A DNA stretch of 64,000 nt from positions 372 through 64,371 of the forward strand of contig JAUNXT010000002.1 of the NCBI GenBank assembly GCA_030539655.1. Reading direction: 5' to 3'. The DNA comes from Methanocorpusculum sp. (lineage in GTDB: Archaea > Halobacteriota > Methanomicrobia > Methanomicrobiales > Methanocorpusculaceae). The notes beneath the pieces are model-generated. The model made no database searches, was not told where the DNA came from, and saw nothing but the letters and a program-made list of their open reading frames with translations. A program made the position numbers and the translations under genes. Positions 17,738 through 28,612 of the stretch are shown here, in pieces (positions within the stretch are counted from its first letter, which is position 1; each line of letters starts with the position of its first letter).

Positions 17738-20692
17738 TTAGAATCCTCCGGTTTCCCGTGCTTCCACTGCAGCCATAAGACTGCGCAGACGGATGGTAAT
17801 CGCGCCGAGGTTGCTTATCTCATCGATTTTTATCTGAGTGTAAATTTTTCCGCCGGACTCGAGGATTTCGCGGACCTCATCGGTTGTTACCGCGTCAGTA
17901 CCGCACCCGAATGAGACAAGTTGCATTAACTGCATATCGGGCTGTGTGCAGACATATTCTGCTGCCGCGTAAAGACGGGAGTGATACGTCCACTGGTTCA
18001 GAATCGTGCGTTTTCCTTTGGTCATGTTCGGAGATATCGCATCCTCTGTTATCAGCACAAATCCGTATGAGACCGCAAGTTCATCGATCCCATGTCCGAT
18101 TTCAGGGTCAATGTGGTACGGCCTTCCTGCCATGATGAGGATTTTGCAGCCGTGTTCACGGGCATATCTGATGTACTCTTCGCCTTTTGCGCGAAGTTCT
18201 GCCTTATAGGCCTCATACGCTTCATATGCAGCAGTTACTGCAGAGCGTACCTCCTTTGCAGGGATGCCGTACGTTTCTCCAAAGTACTTTGCCGCCCGCT
18301 TTGCAAAATCCTTCGGGCGGTGAAGGCCAAAGTACGGGTATCTGAAGTGGACTTTGGAAAGCTCGCGTACATTTGCCGCAATCAGCTCCGGATAGTAGGC
18401 GACGACCGGACAGTTAAAGTTTTTATCTCCCAGATGCTCATCAAAGTTGTAGGGCATGCAGGGATAGAAGATCTCAGATACTCCCGCCTGTATCAGACTG
18501 ATGATGTGCCCATGAATCAGTTTTGCCGGATAACAGACTGTATCCGAGGGGATGGTGTGCTGCCCCAGACGATAGGTCGCACGGCTTGATTCAGGAGACA
18601 GCACCACCTCAAAACCAAGCGTTGTAAATAAGGCATGCCAGAACGGGAGGTTTTCATAGGTGTTCAGTCCGAAAGGAATGCCGATTTTTCCGCGGGGCGC
18701 GTTCTCAAGGGGTTTGTAGGAGAGAAGCTTCTCATACTTCCATCTTGCAAGATTCGGAAGCTGTGACTTCTCTTTTCCCAAGGGACGCGAGCAGCGGTTT
18801 CCGGAGACAAAACGCCTCCCGCCGTCAAAGGTATTTACCGTAAGTGAGCAGTGGTTGGTACAGAGTTTGCAGGTGATTGGTTTTGCTTTGTGGAAGAACG
18901 CGGAAAGCCCCTCTTTTGTCAGTATCGATGACGCTGGAAGGTTTAAGGATTTCACATAGAGTGCGGCCCCGTATGCCCCTGAAATTCCTGCGATAACCGG
19001 ACGGGTCACATCACGCTTCAGCTCCTGCTCAAAGGCACGAAGGACAGCATCATTTTTGAATGTACCCCCCTGCACGACGATGTGTTTTCCAAGGTCATCT
19101 GCAGACGCGGCACGGATTACTTTGTAGACCGCATTTTTAACGATGCTGATGGATAAACCCGCTGAAATATCTGCGACAGATGCTCCGTCACGCTGCGCCT
19201 GCTTTACCGAGGAATTCATAAACACCGTGCAGCGGGAGCCTAAGTTTACCGGGTGTTTTACGAAAAGACCGAGTTTTGAGAACTCCTCGATTTCGTAGCC
19301 GAGTGCGCGTGCAAATGTCTCGATGAACGACCCGCATCCGGAAGAGCATGCCTCATTCAGGAAGATACTGTCAACCGCACCGTTTCGTATCTTGAAGCAT
19401 TTCATATCCTGCCCGCCGATATCGATGATGAAATCAACATCCGGGTTGAAGTGCTGTGCAGCTTTTAAGTGAGCGACGGTTTCTACAAGCCCTGCATCCA
19501 GATTAAACGCATTTTTAATCAGATTCTCCCCGTATCCGGTAACAGCTGCCCCTTTAATTCTGACACGGCCCTCTCCTGCCTCATAGATTTTTTTCAGCTC
19601 TTCTAAAACAATCTGCACCGGGTTTCCGCGGTTCGAGCCGTAATAGGTGTAGAGAATTCCATCGTTTTCATCAATTAAGACAAGTTTTGTGGTAGTACTT
19701 CCCGCATCGATTCCAAGCCATGCATCTCCTTCGTAGACAGAGATGTCCGATGAAGGCGGAGCATTTGCATTGTGCCGCGCACAAAACGCCTCATACTCTG
19801 CCTTGTCTGCAAACAGCGGCTGCATCGTATCTGTGGTTACCGCATCCGAGACTGAGTTTCTGATGCCTGTACAGATATCCTCGAAGATGAACGGTGCGTA
19901 GCCCTCTGTTGAAAGTGCTGCACCGAGCGCTGCAAAGCAGTCCGCGTTTTCCGGAAAGATTGCATGGTTTTCGTCGAGGTTAAGCGTTTCTGCAAAGCGC
20001 TTACGAAGACCCTGATAGTAGTGCAGAGGCCCTCCTAAAAAGACGATTGTTTTTCCAAGTGCCCTTCCCTGTGTCAGTCCTGCGATTGTCTGATCGACAA
20101 CCGCCTGATAGATAGAGGCTGCTACATCCTCTTTTCTTCCTCCCTGATTTAAGATGGGCTGAATATCGGTCTTTGCAAAGACTCCGCAGCGGGATGCTAT
20201 CGGGTATATTTTTTCGTATCCGAGAGAGAGTCTGTCCAGTTCCTCAACCGGGACATTGAGAAGCGTTGCCATCTGGTCAATAAAAGCCCCAGTCCCCCCT
20301 GCACATGAACCGTTCATCCGCTCTTCAAGCGAACCTTTGAAGAAGATTATTTTTGCATCTTCTCCCCCAAGTTCGATTACGGAGTCAGTTTCCGGGATGT
20401 AGGTCTCCACCGCTTTTGCTGTTGCAAACACCTCCTGGATGAAGGGGAGATTTGCGGATTTTGCAACACCAAGACCCGCCGAGCCGGTGATTAACAGCTG
20501 TATTTTTTTACCGGCAAGCGGGAGCGCGGCTGCAGCGTCACCGAGAGCCTCGACTGTCTTTTCCCTGACTTTGGAGAAATGCCGTCCGTACGAACGGTAA
20601 AGTATGGTATCATTGTCTGCGGGAAGGACGATGACTTTTACTGTTGTTGAGCCGATATCAATTCCTATCCGGTAGTCTGCAGAGTCCGCCAT
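17738..20692 (-). CDS. Acyl-CoA dehydratase activase (two ASKHA ATPase/[4Fe-4S] domains plus DUF2229-like domain)
   Basis: GIDIGSTT/GIDAGSTT, NGSCAGGTG/NEACSSGCG, SRCGVF/SRCTVF, CKLCTNHC. Confidence 0.88.
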   Translation of the reverse strand: MADSADYRIGIDIGSTTVKVIVLPADNDTILYRSYGRHFSKVREKTVEALGDAAAALPLAGKKIQLLITGSAGLGVAKSANLPFIQEVFATAKAVETYIPETDSVIELGGEDAKIIFFKGSLEERMNGSCAGGTGAFIDQMATLLNVPVEELDRLSLGYEKIYPIASRCGVFAKTDIQPILNQGGRKEDVAASIYQAVVDQTIAGLTQGRALGKTIVFLGGPLHYYQGLRKRFAETLNLDENHAIFPENADCFAALGAALSTEGYAPFIFEDICTGIRNSVSDAVTTDTMQPLFADKAEYEAFCARHNANAPPSSDISVYEGDAWLGIDAGSTTTKLVLIDENDGILYTYYGSNRGNPVQIVLEELKKIYEAGEGRVRIKGAAVTGYGENLIKNAFNLDAGLVETVAHLKAAQHFNPDVDFIIDIGGQDMKCFKIRNGAVDSIFLNEACSSGCGSFIETFARALGYEIEEFSKLGLFVKHPVNLGSRCTVFMNSSVKQAQRDGASVADISAGLSISIVKNAVYKVIRAASADDLGKHIVVQGGTFKNDAVLRAFEQELKRDVTRPVIAGISGAYGAALYVKSLNLPASSILTKEGLSAFFHKAKPITCKLCTNHCSLTVNTFDGGRRFVSGNRCSRPLGKEKSQLPNLARWKYEKLLSYKPLENAPRGKIGIPFGLNTYENLPFWHALFTTLGFEVVLSPESSRATYRLGQHTIPSDTVCYPAKLIHGHIISLIQAGVSEIFYPCMPYNFDEHLGDKNFNCPVVAYYPELIAANVRELSKVHFRYPYFGLHRPKDFAKRAAKYFGETYGIPAKEVRSAVTAAYEAYEAYKAELRAKGEEYIRYAREHGCKILIMAGRPYHIDPEIGHGIDELAVSYGFVLITEDAISPNMTKGKRTILNQWTYHSRLYAAAEYVCTQPDMQLMQLVSFGCGTDAVTTDEVREILESGGKIYTQIKIDEISNLGAITIRLRSLMAAVEARETGGF

Positions 20693-20928
20693 TTGTTATT
20701 ATGTATATGATTAGAATAATTAAATGTTTGGCGGTTGGTGAGAGCAGCACCGGCCTCTGACCTGATTTGCCGATATCTGCAGAAATCTCCGGAGATAAGA
20801 ACAAAAGAAGGCGGAAATGAAGCCCCCGGAATCTCTCAGCAGGACATCACCATCACTAATACTTTATCTCTTCAGACCGCATATATAATAATACATATAC
20901 ATCAACTATACCAACTGGTGTTAGAGCA

Positions 20929-22317
20929 ATGCGTGTTGTAATGAAATTCGGAGGAACCTCCGTCGGGGATGCATCAGCAATCAGAAAAGCTGTTGCAATC
21001 ATCAAAGAATCGTACGAGAAAGGAAATGAAGTGGCTGTTGTCGTCTCAGCAATGACCAAGGTCACTGACCAGATTATCGATGCTGCGGAAAAAATCATCT
21101 CCGGAGCCGATGCACAGTTTCTTGAGACCTTCATCGCCGGTTTAAGAAAACGCCACATCGACACCTTAAAAGAGGTTGCCCCGGACTTTGTGGCAGAAGT
21201 ATCCGATCACCTCGAAGTGCGGCTGATGCGGCTTAAAGATATGCTTGCCGCGGTGCAGAATCTACGTGAGCTGACCCCGCGTTCACGCGACTACATCATA
21301 TCAATCGGAGAAAAACTCTCTGCTCCCATAGTCTCTGCTGCTCTTCGCCAGATTGGCATTCCCTCCTTCCAGATAAGCGGCTGCGATGCGGGCATTATGA
21401 CGAACGGAGTTCATGGAAATGCATCTGCTCTTCCCGAAAGCTACCCGCGCATTGCTGAACGGATTGGAAGCAGACTCGGAAAAGAGATTCCGGTTATTCA
21501 GGGATTTGCCGGATGTTCCAAGGACGGATCAATTGCAACACTCGGACGAAGCGGCTCGGATTACTCGGGGGCTATCATCGGTGCAGGTGTCGATGCGGAT
21601 GAGGTTATCATCTGGACAGATGTTGACGGCGTTATGACAACAGACCCGCGGCTTATCCCCGAAGCGCGTGTCATAGACAGCATCTCGTTCATCGAAATGA
21701 TGGAGATGTCCTACTTCGGCGCAAAAGTAATTCACTCCCGCGCCCTCCTTCCGGCAATGGAAAAGGACATCCCCGTATATGTCAGAAACACCTTCAACCC
21801 GACACACCCCGGAACCCTTATCAACAGAAAGACGCATGCGGACAAACGCATTGTAAAGGCAGTGTCCCTGATTAAAAACAGCTGCCTCATATCGGTTACC
21901 GGGTTTGCCACCGGAAGACCGGGGGTTGCAGGAGAAATTTTCTCCGCACTTGCTGATGCGGACGTCAATGTGATGCTTATCAGCCAGGGTTCATCCGAAC
22001 TGAACATCTCGATGATTATCACCGAAGAAGAAATCAGCATGGCAGAAACGGCCCTGAAAAAGGTACAGGAGAGCGGAGCTATCAGGCAGTATACGTTCTC
22101 TTCAGATGTTCAGGTGGTATCTGTCGTAGGTGCCGGTATGCGCGGAACACCCGGAACACTTGCACGCATCTTCAAAAGCCTTGGTGAGCGGAAGATCAAT
22201 GTCGTGATGATTTCACAGGGCTCCGAGGTGAATGTCTCCTTCGTGGTAAACGGAAACGACGGCATAAAGGCGGTCCGGGCGCTTCATGAGGAGTTCCAGC
22301 TGGATAAGGAGGAGTGA
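20929..22317 (+). CDS. lysC: Aspartate kinase
   Basis: KFGGTSV, VVSAM, TLGRSGSDYS, WTDVDG and two ACT domains. Confidence 0.95.
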   Translation: MRVVMKFGGTSVGDASAIRKAVAIIKESYEKGNEVAVVVSAMTKVTDQIIDAAEKIISGADAQFLETFIAGLRKRHIDTLKEVAPDFVAEVSDHLEVRLMRLKDMLAAVQNLRELTPRSRDYIISIGEKLSAPIVSAALRQIGIPSFQISGCDAGIMTNGVHGNASALPESYPRIAERIGSRLGKEIPVIQGFAGCSKDGSIATLGRSGSDYSGAIIGAGVDADEVIIWTDVDGVMTTDPRLIPEARVIDSISFIEMMEMSYFGAKVIHSRALLPAMEKDIPVYVRNTFNPTHPGTLINRKTHADKRIVKAVSLIKNSCLISVTGFATGRPGVAGEIFSALADADVNVMLISQGSSELNISMIITEEEISMAETALKKVQESGAIRQYTFSSDVQVVSVVGAGMRGTPGTLARIFKSLGERKINVVMISQGSEVNVSFVVNGNDGIKAVRALHEEFQLDKEE

Positions 22318-22320
22318 AAA

Positions 22321-23310
22321 ATGGCATACTCATACAAAGATGCGGGCGTTGACATTGACCTCGAAGCAGACGGGGTAAAGGCACTCATAAAGACACTTTC
22401 CTACCGCCGGAGCGGAGAGCACGGGATGGTGGGAGACGTTGGTCACTTTTCGGGATTAATTGATTTCGGCGACAAAGTCCTCTCACTTTGTACCGACGGT
22501 GTGGGGACAAAGATGCGTGTTGCAGACGACTTAAAGGACTGGCACACAGTAGGCATCGACTGTATGGCGATGAACGTCAACGACATGTATGTGATGAACA
22601 TTGAACCGATTGCCTTTGTGGACTACATCGCAACAGAAGGCATTGATAAGGAGCAGATGGTTCAGATTGGTATCGGCTTAAACGAAGGGGCAAAGCTTGC
22701 CAATCTCAATATTGTAGGGGGTGAAACAGCCACCCTTAAAGGAATGATTAACGGGCTTGACCTTGCGGGAACCTGTCTTGGAGTACAGGAAAAATCAAAG
22801 GTTGTGACCGGTGAAAAGGTTGTTCCGGGTGATGTTATTGTAGGCGTTCCAAGCACCGGCGTTCACTCAAACGGCTACACATTAGCCCGCAAAGTCGCAG
22901 AGGAAAACGGCGGATACAAGACAATCCTCCCCTCCGGAAAGACAGTCGGAGAGGCCCTTCTTACTCCGACACGCATTTACTCGGAAGTCCTTTCCATATG
23001 TGACAAAATTGATGTACACGGCATGTGCCATGTTACAGGCGGAGGGCTTTTAAACTTCCTCAGAATCACCGGGTACGGTTTCTCTTTCGAAAACCCGATG
23101 CCGGTTCCCGAGGTCCTTGTATGGATTGCAGAGAAAGGAAAGCTTTCCGCAAACGAGCTGTACCGTACGTTCAATATGGGAATGGGCTTTGCCTTTATTG
23201 TGTCTCCTGCTGATGCCGACGAACTCATAAAGCTGGTTCCGGGAGCACAGAAGGTTGGAACAGTTATCAAAGAACATAAGATTCTTTTAAAAGGCGAAGA
23301 GATTAACTAA
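22321..23310 (+). CDS. purM: Phosphoribosylformylglycinamidine cyclo-ligase
   Basis: YKDAGVD, TDGVGTK, GGETA, GVHSNG, HVTGGG, FNMG. Confidence 0.96.
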   Translation: MAYSYKDAGVDIDLEADGVKALIKTLSYRRSGEHGMVGDVGHFSGLIDFGDKVLSLCTDGVGTKMRVADDLKDWHTVGIDCMAMNVNDMYVMNIEPIAFVDYIATEGIDKEQMVQIGIGLNEGAKLANLNIVGGETATLKGMINGLDLAGTCLGVQEKSKVVTGEKVVPGDVIVGVPSTGVHSNGYTLARKVAEENGGYKTILPSGKTVGEALLTPTRIYSEVLSICDKIDVHGMCHVTGGGLLNFLRITGYGFSFENPMPVPEVLVWIAEKGKLSANELYRTFNMGMGFAFIVSPADADELIKLVPGAQKVGTVIKEHKILLKGEEIN

Positions 23311-23407
23311 GAATTATAATTATTTTTTCTGTTTTTTTGATATAATCTGGATTGTGACAGGTGTCCGGACGGCGGTGAGAACAGAAAAAGGTAAAGTCCC
23401 CGGGGTT

Positions 23408-24940
23408 TTACACTCCGCCGGTCACCATAACCGCCCAGTCAGGCAGCCCCACACCGATTCCGAAGATGGAAAGCCCTATCGTAAACAGCAGGAACGTAAA
23501 TATAAGGATACCTATCAGATTCAGGAACCAGCCGGCAGTTACCATATCCTTCATATTAACATACCCGCTGCCGTAAGCGACCGCATTCGGCGGGGTCGCC
23601 ACAGGAAGCATAAATGCGAGGGATGATGCCACAGCCACGGTCATCATCAGAATGAACGGGTTGACCGCAAGACCGGTCGCAACACCCGCCATCACAGGAA
23701 TCATGATGTTTGCGACAGCGGTGTTCGAGGTAAACTCGGTCAGAATCATCACAACTATTGCAAGCAGTATCACAAGCGGGATAATCGGAATCTGAACACC
23801 GGTAAACGCCTGTGCAATCGCCTCTGAAAGACCGCTTGCCTTGAATGCGGCAGAAAGCGACATACCTCCTCCGAAGAGCAGAAGAATACCCCATGGAATC
23901 TTGGATGCCCACTTCCAGTTTAAGGTAAACTCATGGTTCTTCCAGCTGATGGGAAGAACAAAGAGCAGCAGTGCACAGAAAATTGCAATGGTACAGTCCT
24001 CCACCTTAAACGGCAGAATTCCTGCGGTGTAGAGTGAATTGATACCCGGAATTACAATATCCCCGATCTCCTTCGGATCCTTGAAAATCCAAGCGAGTGC
24101 TGCAAAGATAAAGACAAAGAGTGTGTTCTTTTCTCCGCGGGACATGGGGCCAAGAGCCTTTGTTTCCTTTTCCAGAACATCTTTTGTGTGCTCAAGCGAC
24201 TTTGGCATCTTGCGGTAGGCAACCTTGGTAAGCCAGAGCCACATGATGAAAAGCATGATTGCTACAAACGGCACACCGAAGATAAACCAAGAGAAGAAAT
24301 CAACCGGCGGAGCGTTCGGGTAAATCTGCGTAAGCATTGAGGCAAAGACAGCGTTCGCCGGAGTTCCGATAAGTGTTGCAATACCTCCGACACCTGCAGC
24401 ATAGGCGATTCCAAGAACCAGACACCCTGCAAATGCCTTCTCGGATTTATCCATCTCCTTGGGTCTTTTGTTCGGAATAACCGTGATAATGATTGCGACT
24501 GCGATTGGAACCATCATCATAGCAGTTGCGGAGTTTGACATCCACATGGATAAAAATGCGGTAGCAACCATGAATCCGAGAATCAGCCGCATCGGGCTGG
24601 TCCCGGTAAGAGATATTATTTTCAGCGCTATCCGTTTATGCAGATTCCAGCGCTGCATCGCCATCGCAATCATAAATCCTCCCATAAAGAGGAAAATAAC
24701 GTTGTCAGCATAAGGGATTGCGGCCCCTGAAACGGTTAAGACTCCAAGCAGTGGAAATGCCACGAGCGGAATCAGCGCCGTTGCTTCAATCGGAATCGGC
24801 TGCATAATCCAGAAGATAACCATCATTACCGTAACTGCAGCCGTCAGTTTTGCCGCATGCGGCATGACCGATTCGAGCGGAAGCAGGAACACGATGAGAA
24901 ATGCAGCAATACCTGCCAGCAACCCGTACGCTTTATTCAT
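23408..24940 (-). CDS. DASS/SLC13 sodium:di/tricarboxylate or sulfate symporter
   Basis: SMWMSNSA, GTPAN, TEFTSNTA, LPVATPPNA; many TM helices. Confidence 0.9.
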   Translation of the reverse strand: MNKAYGLLAGIAAFLIVFLLPLESVMPHAAKLTAAVTVMMVIFWIMQPIPIEATALIPLVAFPLLGVLTVSGAAIPYADNVIFLFMGGFMIAMAMQRWNLHKRIALKIISLTGTSPMRLILGFMVATAFLSMWMSNSATAMMMVPIAVAIIITVIPNKRPKEMDKSEKAFAGCLVLGIAYAAGVGGIATLIGTPANAVFASMLTQIYPNAPPVDFFSWFIFGVPFVAIMLFIMWLWLTKVAYRKMPKSLEHTKDVLEKETKALGPMSRGEKNTLFVFIFAALAWIFKDPKEIGDIVIPGINSLYTAGILPFKVEDCTIAIFCALLLFVLPISWKNHEFTLNWKWASKIPWGILLLFGGGMSLSAAFKASGLSEAIAQAFTGVQIPIIPLVILLAIVVMILTEFTSNTAVANIMIPVMAGVATGLAVNPFILMMTVAVASSLAFMLPVATPPNAVAYGSGYVNMKDMVTAGWFLNLIGILIFTFLLFTIGLSIFGIGVGLPDWAVMVTGGV

Positions 24941-25052
24941 ATCACTATATTATTTGTGCGGTATCTGTATTGAATGTTGCCTTTACAAATCCCGCATATT
25001 TAATGCTATAGACATTCATACATTATTACATACTTTATACCCGGACGATATT

Positions 25053-26354
25053 ATGGCTGAAATTCCAGTACAAGATTATGCAAAACAGCAGGAGATAGAA
25101 AAGGACGAGGCGCGAAAGCGATATGAGTTTAAGAAGTCCTTAGAGCGCCTCGAAGAGAAACAGGGTTCGGGTACCGAACTCATCTCCCTCTATATCCCGC
25201 CTGATAAACAGATATATGATGTGACCGCACAGCTTCGTGACGAATACGGGCAGTGCTCGAACATTAAAAGCAAACAGACGCGGACCAATGTGCAAAGCGC
25301 AATCTCATCGATACTTGCGCGGCTGAAATACTACAAAGCACCTCCGGAGAACGGAATGGCGGTGTTTTGCGGGGCAATTAACATCGGCGGCGACAAAACA
25401 GACCTTGAATCCATTATCGTCGAACCGCCCGAGCCGATTAAAACCTACTCCTACCGGTGCAGCTCAAGCTTTGAACTGGAAACCTTAAAGGATATGCTCG
25501 ACGACCGTGTGGTTCACGGTCTTTTAGTCCTTGACCTGCAGGAGGCATACTGGGGGATTCTTACCGGAACCAGGATTGAACCAATCGGCGGCACACAGTC
25601 AATGGTTCCGAACAAACAGAGAAAAGGAGGCCAGTCATCCATCCGTTTCGCCCGGAACCGTGAAATCGCCATCAATGCATTCTTCTCCAAAGTAGGAGAG
25701 CAGTCATCCGAAGCGTTCTTAAGCGATCCGAAGTTCTTTGACCGGTTTAAGGGACTAATCGTCGGAGGGCCCATGCCGACTCGTGAGGACTTTGTCAAAG
25801 GAAACTATCTCCACCACGAGGTGCAGAAGCGGCTTCTTGGAAGCATCGATGCATCATACACCAACGAGTGCGGTCTGCGTGAGCTGGTCTTCAATGCACA
25901 GGAACTCCTGAGAGGTGAAGAGATATCAGATGAGAAACGCGAGATGTCCCGCTTCTTTGCAGAACTCAGAAAAGAAAATCCGGCTGCGGCATACGGAGAG
26001 GCAAGTGTCCGTGCAAACCTTGAGGCAGGAGCTGTTGATACGCTTCTTTTGTCTGAAAAACTGCGTGAGGCGCGTCTTACCATCTCCTGCGGCAATTGTG
26101 ACTATCAGGAGATTAAGACGATGCAGATTGAACCGGGAAAACGGTTCCGCGACCTTCCGTTCGGAAGATGTCCGAAATGTCAGTCACCCTTAGTCCTCGA
26201 AAAAGAGGAGGATATCATCGATGAGCTGACCGCTCTTGCGGATACCTCAAACACCCGTGTTGAGATCATCTCGGACTCCTCCGAGGAAGGAGGAACGCTT
26301 CTTTCCGCATTCGGCGGAATTGCTGCCGTTCTCAGATACCCCACAGGAATGTAA
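25053..26354 (+). CDS. prf1: Archaeal peptide chain release factor aRF1
   Basis: GTELISLYIPP, NIKS, YRC, GGQS, Zn minidomain, GGIAAVLRY; start trimmed to MAEIP. Confidence 0.96.
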   Translation: MAEIPVQDYAKQQEIEKDEARKRYEFKKSLERLEEKQGSGTELISLYIPPDKQIYDVTAQLRDEYGQCSNIKSKQTRTNVQSAISSILARLKYYKAPPENGMAVFCGAINIGGDKTDLESIIVEPPEPIKTYSYRCSSSFELETLKDMLDDRVVHGLLVLDLQEAYWGILTGTRIEPIGGTQSMVPNKQRKGGQSSIRFARNREIAINAFFSKVGEQSSEAFLSDPKFFDRFKGLIVGGPMPTREDFVKGNYLHHEVQKRLLGSIDASYTNECGLRELVFNAQELLRGEEISDEKREMSRFFAELRKENPAAAYGEASVRANLEAGAVDTLLLSEKLREARLTISCGNCDYQEIKTMQIEPGKRFRDLPFGRCPKCQSPLVLEKEEDIIDELTALADTSNTRVEIISDSSEEGGTLLSAFGGIAAVLRYPTGM

Positions 26355-26385
26355 TCACACTAAAGTAATCAGACTGGAATGTAAC

Positions 26386-28062
26386 ATGTACCGGAAATAT
26401 ATTGGAATTGTAACATCACTTCTCAAAGATGCGACTGCTCTCGAAGACGTGCTGCTCGCCGACGGCGGAGAGCACGCAGACATAGCATCAACCGCCGCGT
26501 TTGCCCTTGCAAAACGTGAAAAAAAGAACCCCGCACTCATCGCAAAGGAGATTGTAGAAATTATCTCCCCTAAGGCTGCTGAATACGGAATTGAGGTCTC
26601 CTGCAAAGGACCTTACATCAACTTTGTATTCGGAGAACGGTTTGTATCAGATGCAGTCCGTGCCGCACGCTCCCCCGACTACGGCACACTGCCTGAGAAG
26701 ACCGAGCGGGTCATCATCGAACACACCAGTGCAAACCCGAACGGCCCCTTGCACGTAGGACACATCAGAAACACGGTAATCGGCGACACGCTGGTTCGTG
26801 CGCTCAGAAAAGCAGGATACCCGGTTGACGCCCAGTACTACCTAAATGATATGGGGCGGCAGATTGCGATTGTCGCATGGGGTGTTAAAAACCTCCACTA
26901 TGAACGCATCCCGGGAGAAAAAGGCGATGAGTTCATTGTAAGACACTATGTCGAGGCGAACCGTATCGCAAAGGAAAAACCTGAAATCGAGGCAGAGTTT
27001 GACCTTATGATGGAAAAGATCGAAGCAGGCGACCCGGAGACGGTAAAGCTGTTCCATGATGCGGTTGAAACCTGTGCGGAAGGAATTAAGGAGACACTTG
27101 CCTCGATGAATGTAAAGCACGACAGGTTTGTGCGGGAAACCACATTCCTCCGCGACGGGTCGATGGAGGAGGTCTTAGGAAGAATTGAGGCACTCCCCAA
27201 CGCGCAGCACGAGGATAAAATGATGTTCCTCGACCTTTCAGAGCAGGGATTCGGAAACCGGTATGTTCTTCGGAGAAGCAACGGAACATCCGTCTATGCG
27301 GCCCGTGACCTGGCGTTTCATCTGTGGAAGAACGCACGCTGTGACAGAAGTATCGACATTTTAGGTGCCGACCATAAATTAATCGGCGCCCAGCTGCAGA
27401 CCACGCTTTCCCTGATAGGGGAGCGTCCGCCGGAGATTGTAACCTTTGAGTTTGTATCACTCCCTGAAGGGTCGATGTCTACAAGAGGCGGGGTCTTTAT
27501 CACCGCGGACGAGCTGATTGCCGAGACGAAGAAACGGGCATTTGATGAGGTAACCGTCAGGAGACCCGAACTCGGCGAGGAGGAACGCCAGAAAATCGCG
27601 AATGCGGTTGCCGTCGGTGCAGTCCGGTACGATATCGTGAAGGTCTCCGCTGAAAAATCCACCGTCTTTGACTGGAAAGAGGCGCTTGACTTTGAGCGGC
27701 AGAGTGCCCCGTATGTCCAGTATGCACACGCACGTGCCTGTTCAATCCTTGAAAAGGCACGCTCCGAGGGCGGATTTAAGGGAAATTACACCTACTCGGA
27801 TTCGTACGAGGTCGCCCTCGCAAAACACCTCTCACGTTTCCCGGCAGTGATTGAAAAGGTGGTTACAGAACTTCGTCCGCACCTTCTGGCGGTCTATGTC
27901 CGTGACCTCGCAGATCTCTTTAATTCATTCTACCGCTTTGACCCGGTGCTGAAGGCGGAAGGCAGCGTCCGCGACGCCCGGCTTACCCTGGTTGATGCAT
28001 GCAGAAATACCCTCTCCCAGGCACTCGATGTCCTAGGCATTGAGGCCCTGGAGAGCATGTAA
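26386..28062 (+). CDS. argS: Arginine--tRNA ligase
   Basis: EHTSANPNGPLHVGH (HIGH-type), MSTR, YVQYAHAR; start trimmed to MYRKY. Confidence 0.96.
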   Translation: MYRKYIGIVTSLLKDATALEDVLLADGGEHADIASTAAFALAKREKKNPALIAKEIVEIISPKAAEYGIEVSCKGPYINFVFGERFVSDAVRAARSPDYGTLPEKTERVIIEHTSANPNGPLHVGHIRNTVIGDTLVRALRKAGYPVDAQYYLNDMGRQIAIVAWGVKNLHYERIPGEKGDEFIVRHYVEANRIAKEKPEIEAEFDLMMEKIEAGDPETVKLFHDAVETCAEGIKETLASMNVKHDRFVRETTFLRDGSMEEVLGRIEALPNAQHEDKMMFLDLSEQGFGNRYVLRRSNGTSVYAARDLAFHLWKNARCDRSIDILGADHKLIGAQLQTTLSLIGERPPEIVTFEFVSLPEGSMSTRGGVFITADELIAETKKRAFDEVTVRRPELGEEERQKIANAVAVGAVRYDIVKVSAEKSTVFDWKEALDFERQSAPYVQYAHARACSILEKARSEGGFKGNYTYSDSYEVALAKHLSRFPAVIEKVVTELRPHLLAVYVRDLADLFNSFYRFDPVLKAEGSVRDARLTLVDACRNTLSQALDVLGIEALESM

Positions 28063-28108
28063 TTCTTTTTTTTCAAGTCCATTCCAAAATCTTTCCAGAG
28101 GAGAGGCG

Positions 28109-28582
28109 TTGACTAAGACATATCTGGTTAAAACAGACAGACTGAAAATAAGAACCGCAACGAACGCGGAGATGCGTATCCTGATTGAAAACGAAACGGA
28201 TGATGCCCTGAAAGCAGCATACGGTGAGATGCTTGAACTCAGTCTGGAAAATCCGTGCAGGCGCCAGTGGTATGCGGCATGGTTCATTGAATCCGCTGAG
28301 GGAGAACACATCGGAGAGCTGTGCTTTAAGGGACTGAATGCAGACGGCGGGGTTGAAATAGGCTACGGCATCTCACCGGAACATCAGGGATGCGGGTATG
28401 CATCAGAAGCGGTCGCCGCAGTGACGGACTGGGCGCTCACACAGGATGGGGTGAGCTATGTTCAGGCAGAGACTGAGGCGGAAAATACCGCATCCCAAAG
28501 GGTTCTTCTAAAATCAGAATTTGTTTCAACCGGGGACACAGGGGATGAAGGGCTGATATTCATACGGAAAAAAGATGATTAA
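28109..28582 (+). CDS. GNAT acetyltransferase (RimJ/RimL-like)
   Basis: VEIGYGI..HQGCGYASEA, NTASQRVL; TTG start after GAGGAGAGG. Confidence 0.82.
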   Translation: MTKTYLVKTDRLKIRTATNAEMRILIENETDDALKAAYGEMLELSLENPCRRQWYAAWFIESAEGEHIGELCFKGLNADGGVEIGYGISPEHQGCGYASEAVAAVTDWALTQDGVSYVQAETEAENTASQRVLLKSEFVSTGDTGDEGLIFIRKKDD

Positions 28583-28612
28583 TTTATCATCCAGGAAAAA
28601 GACTCTGTAAAA

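Noticed and set aside
24864-26385. Long N-terminal extensions of aRF1 and ArgS (also mptA, methyltransferase, GNAT, aroA, ferritin, eL32) in the ORF track
   Set aside because: They overlap neighbouring genes or promoters, and downstream starts match the expected family N-termini.
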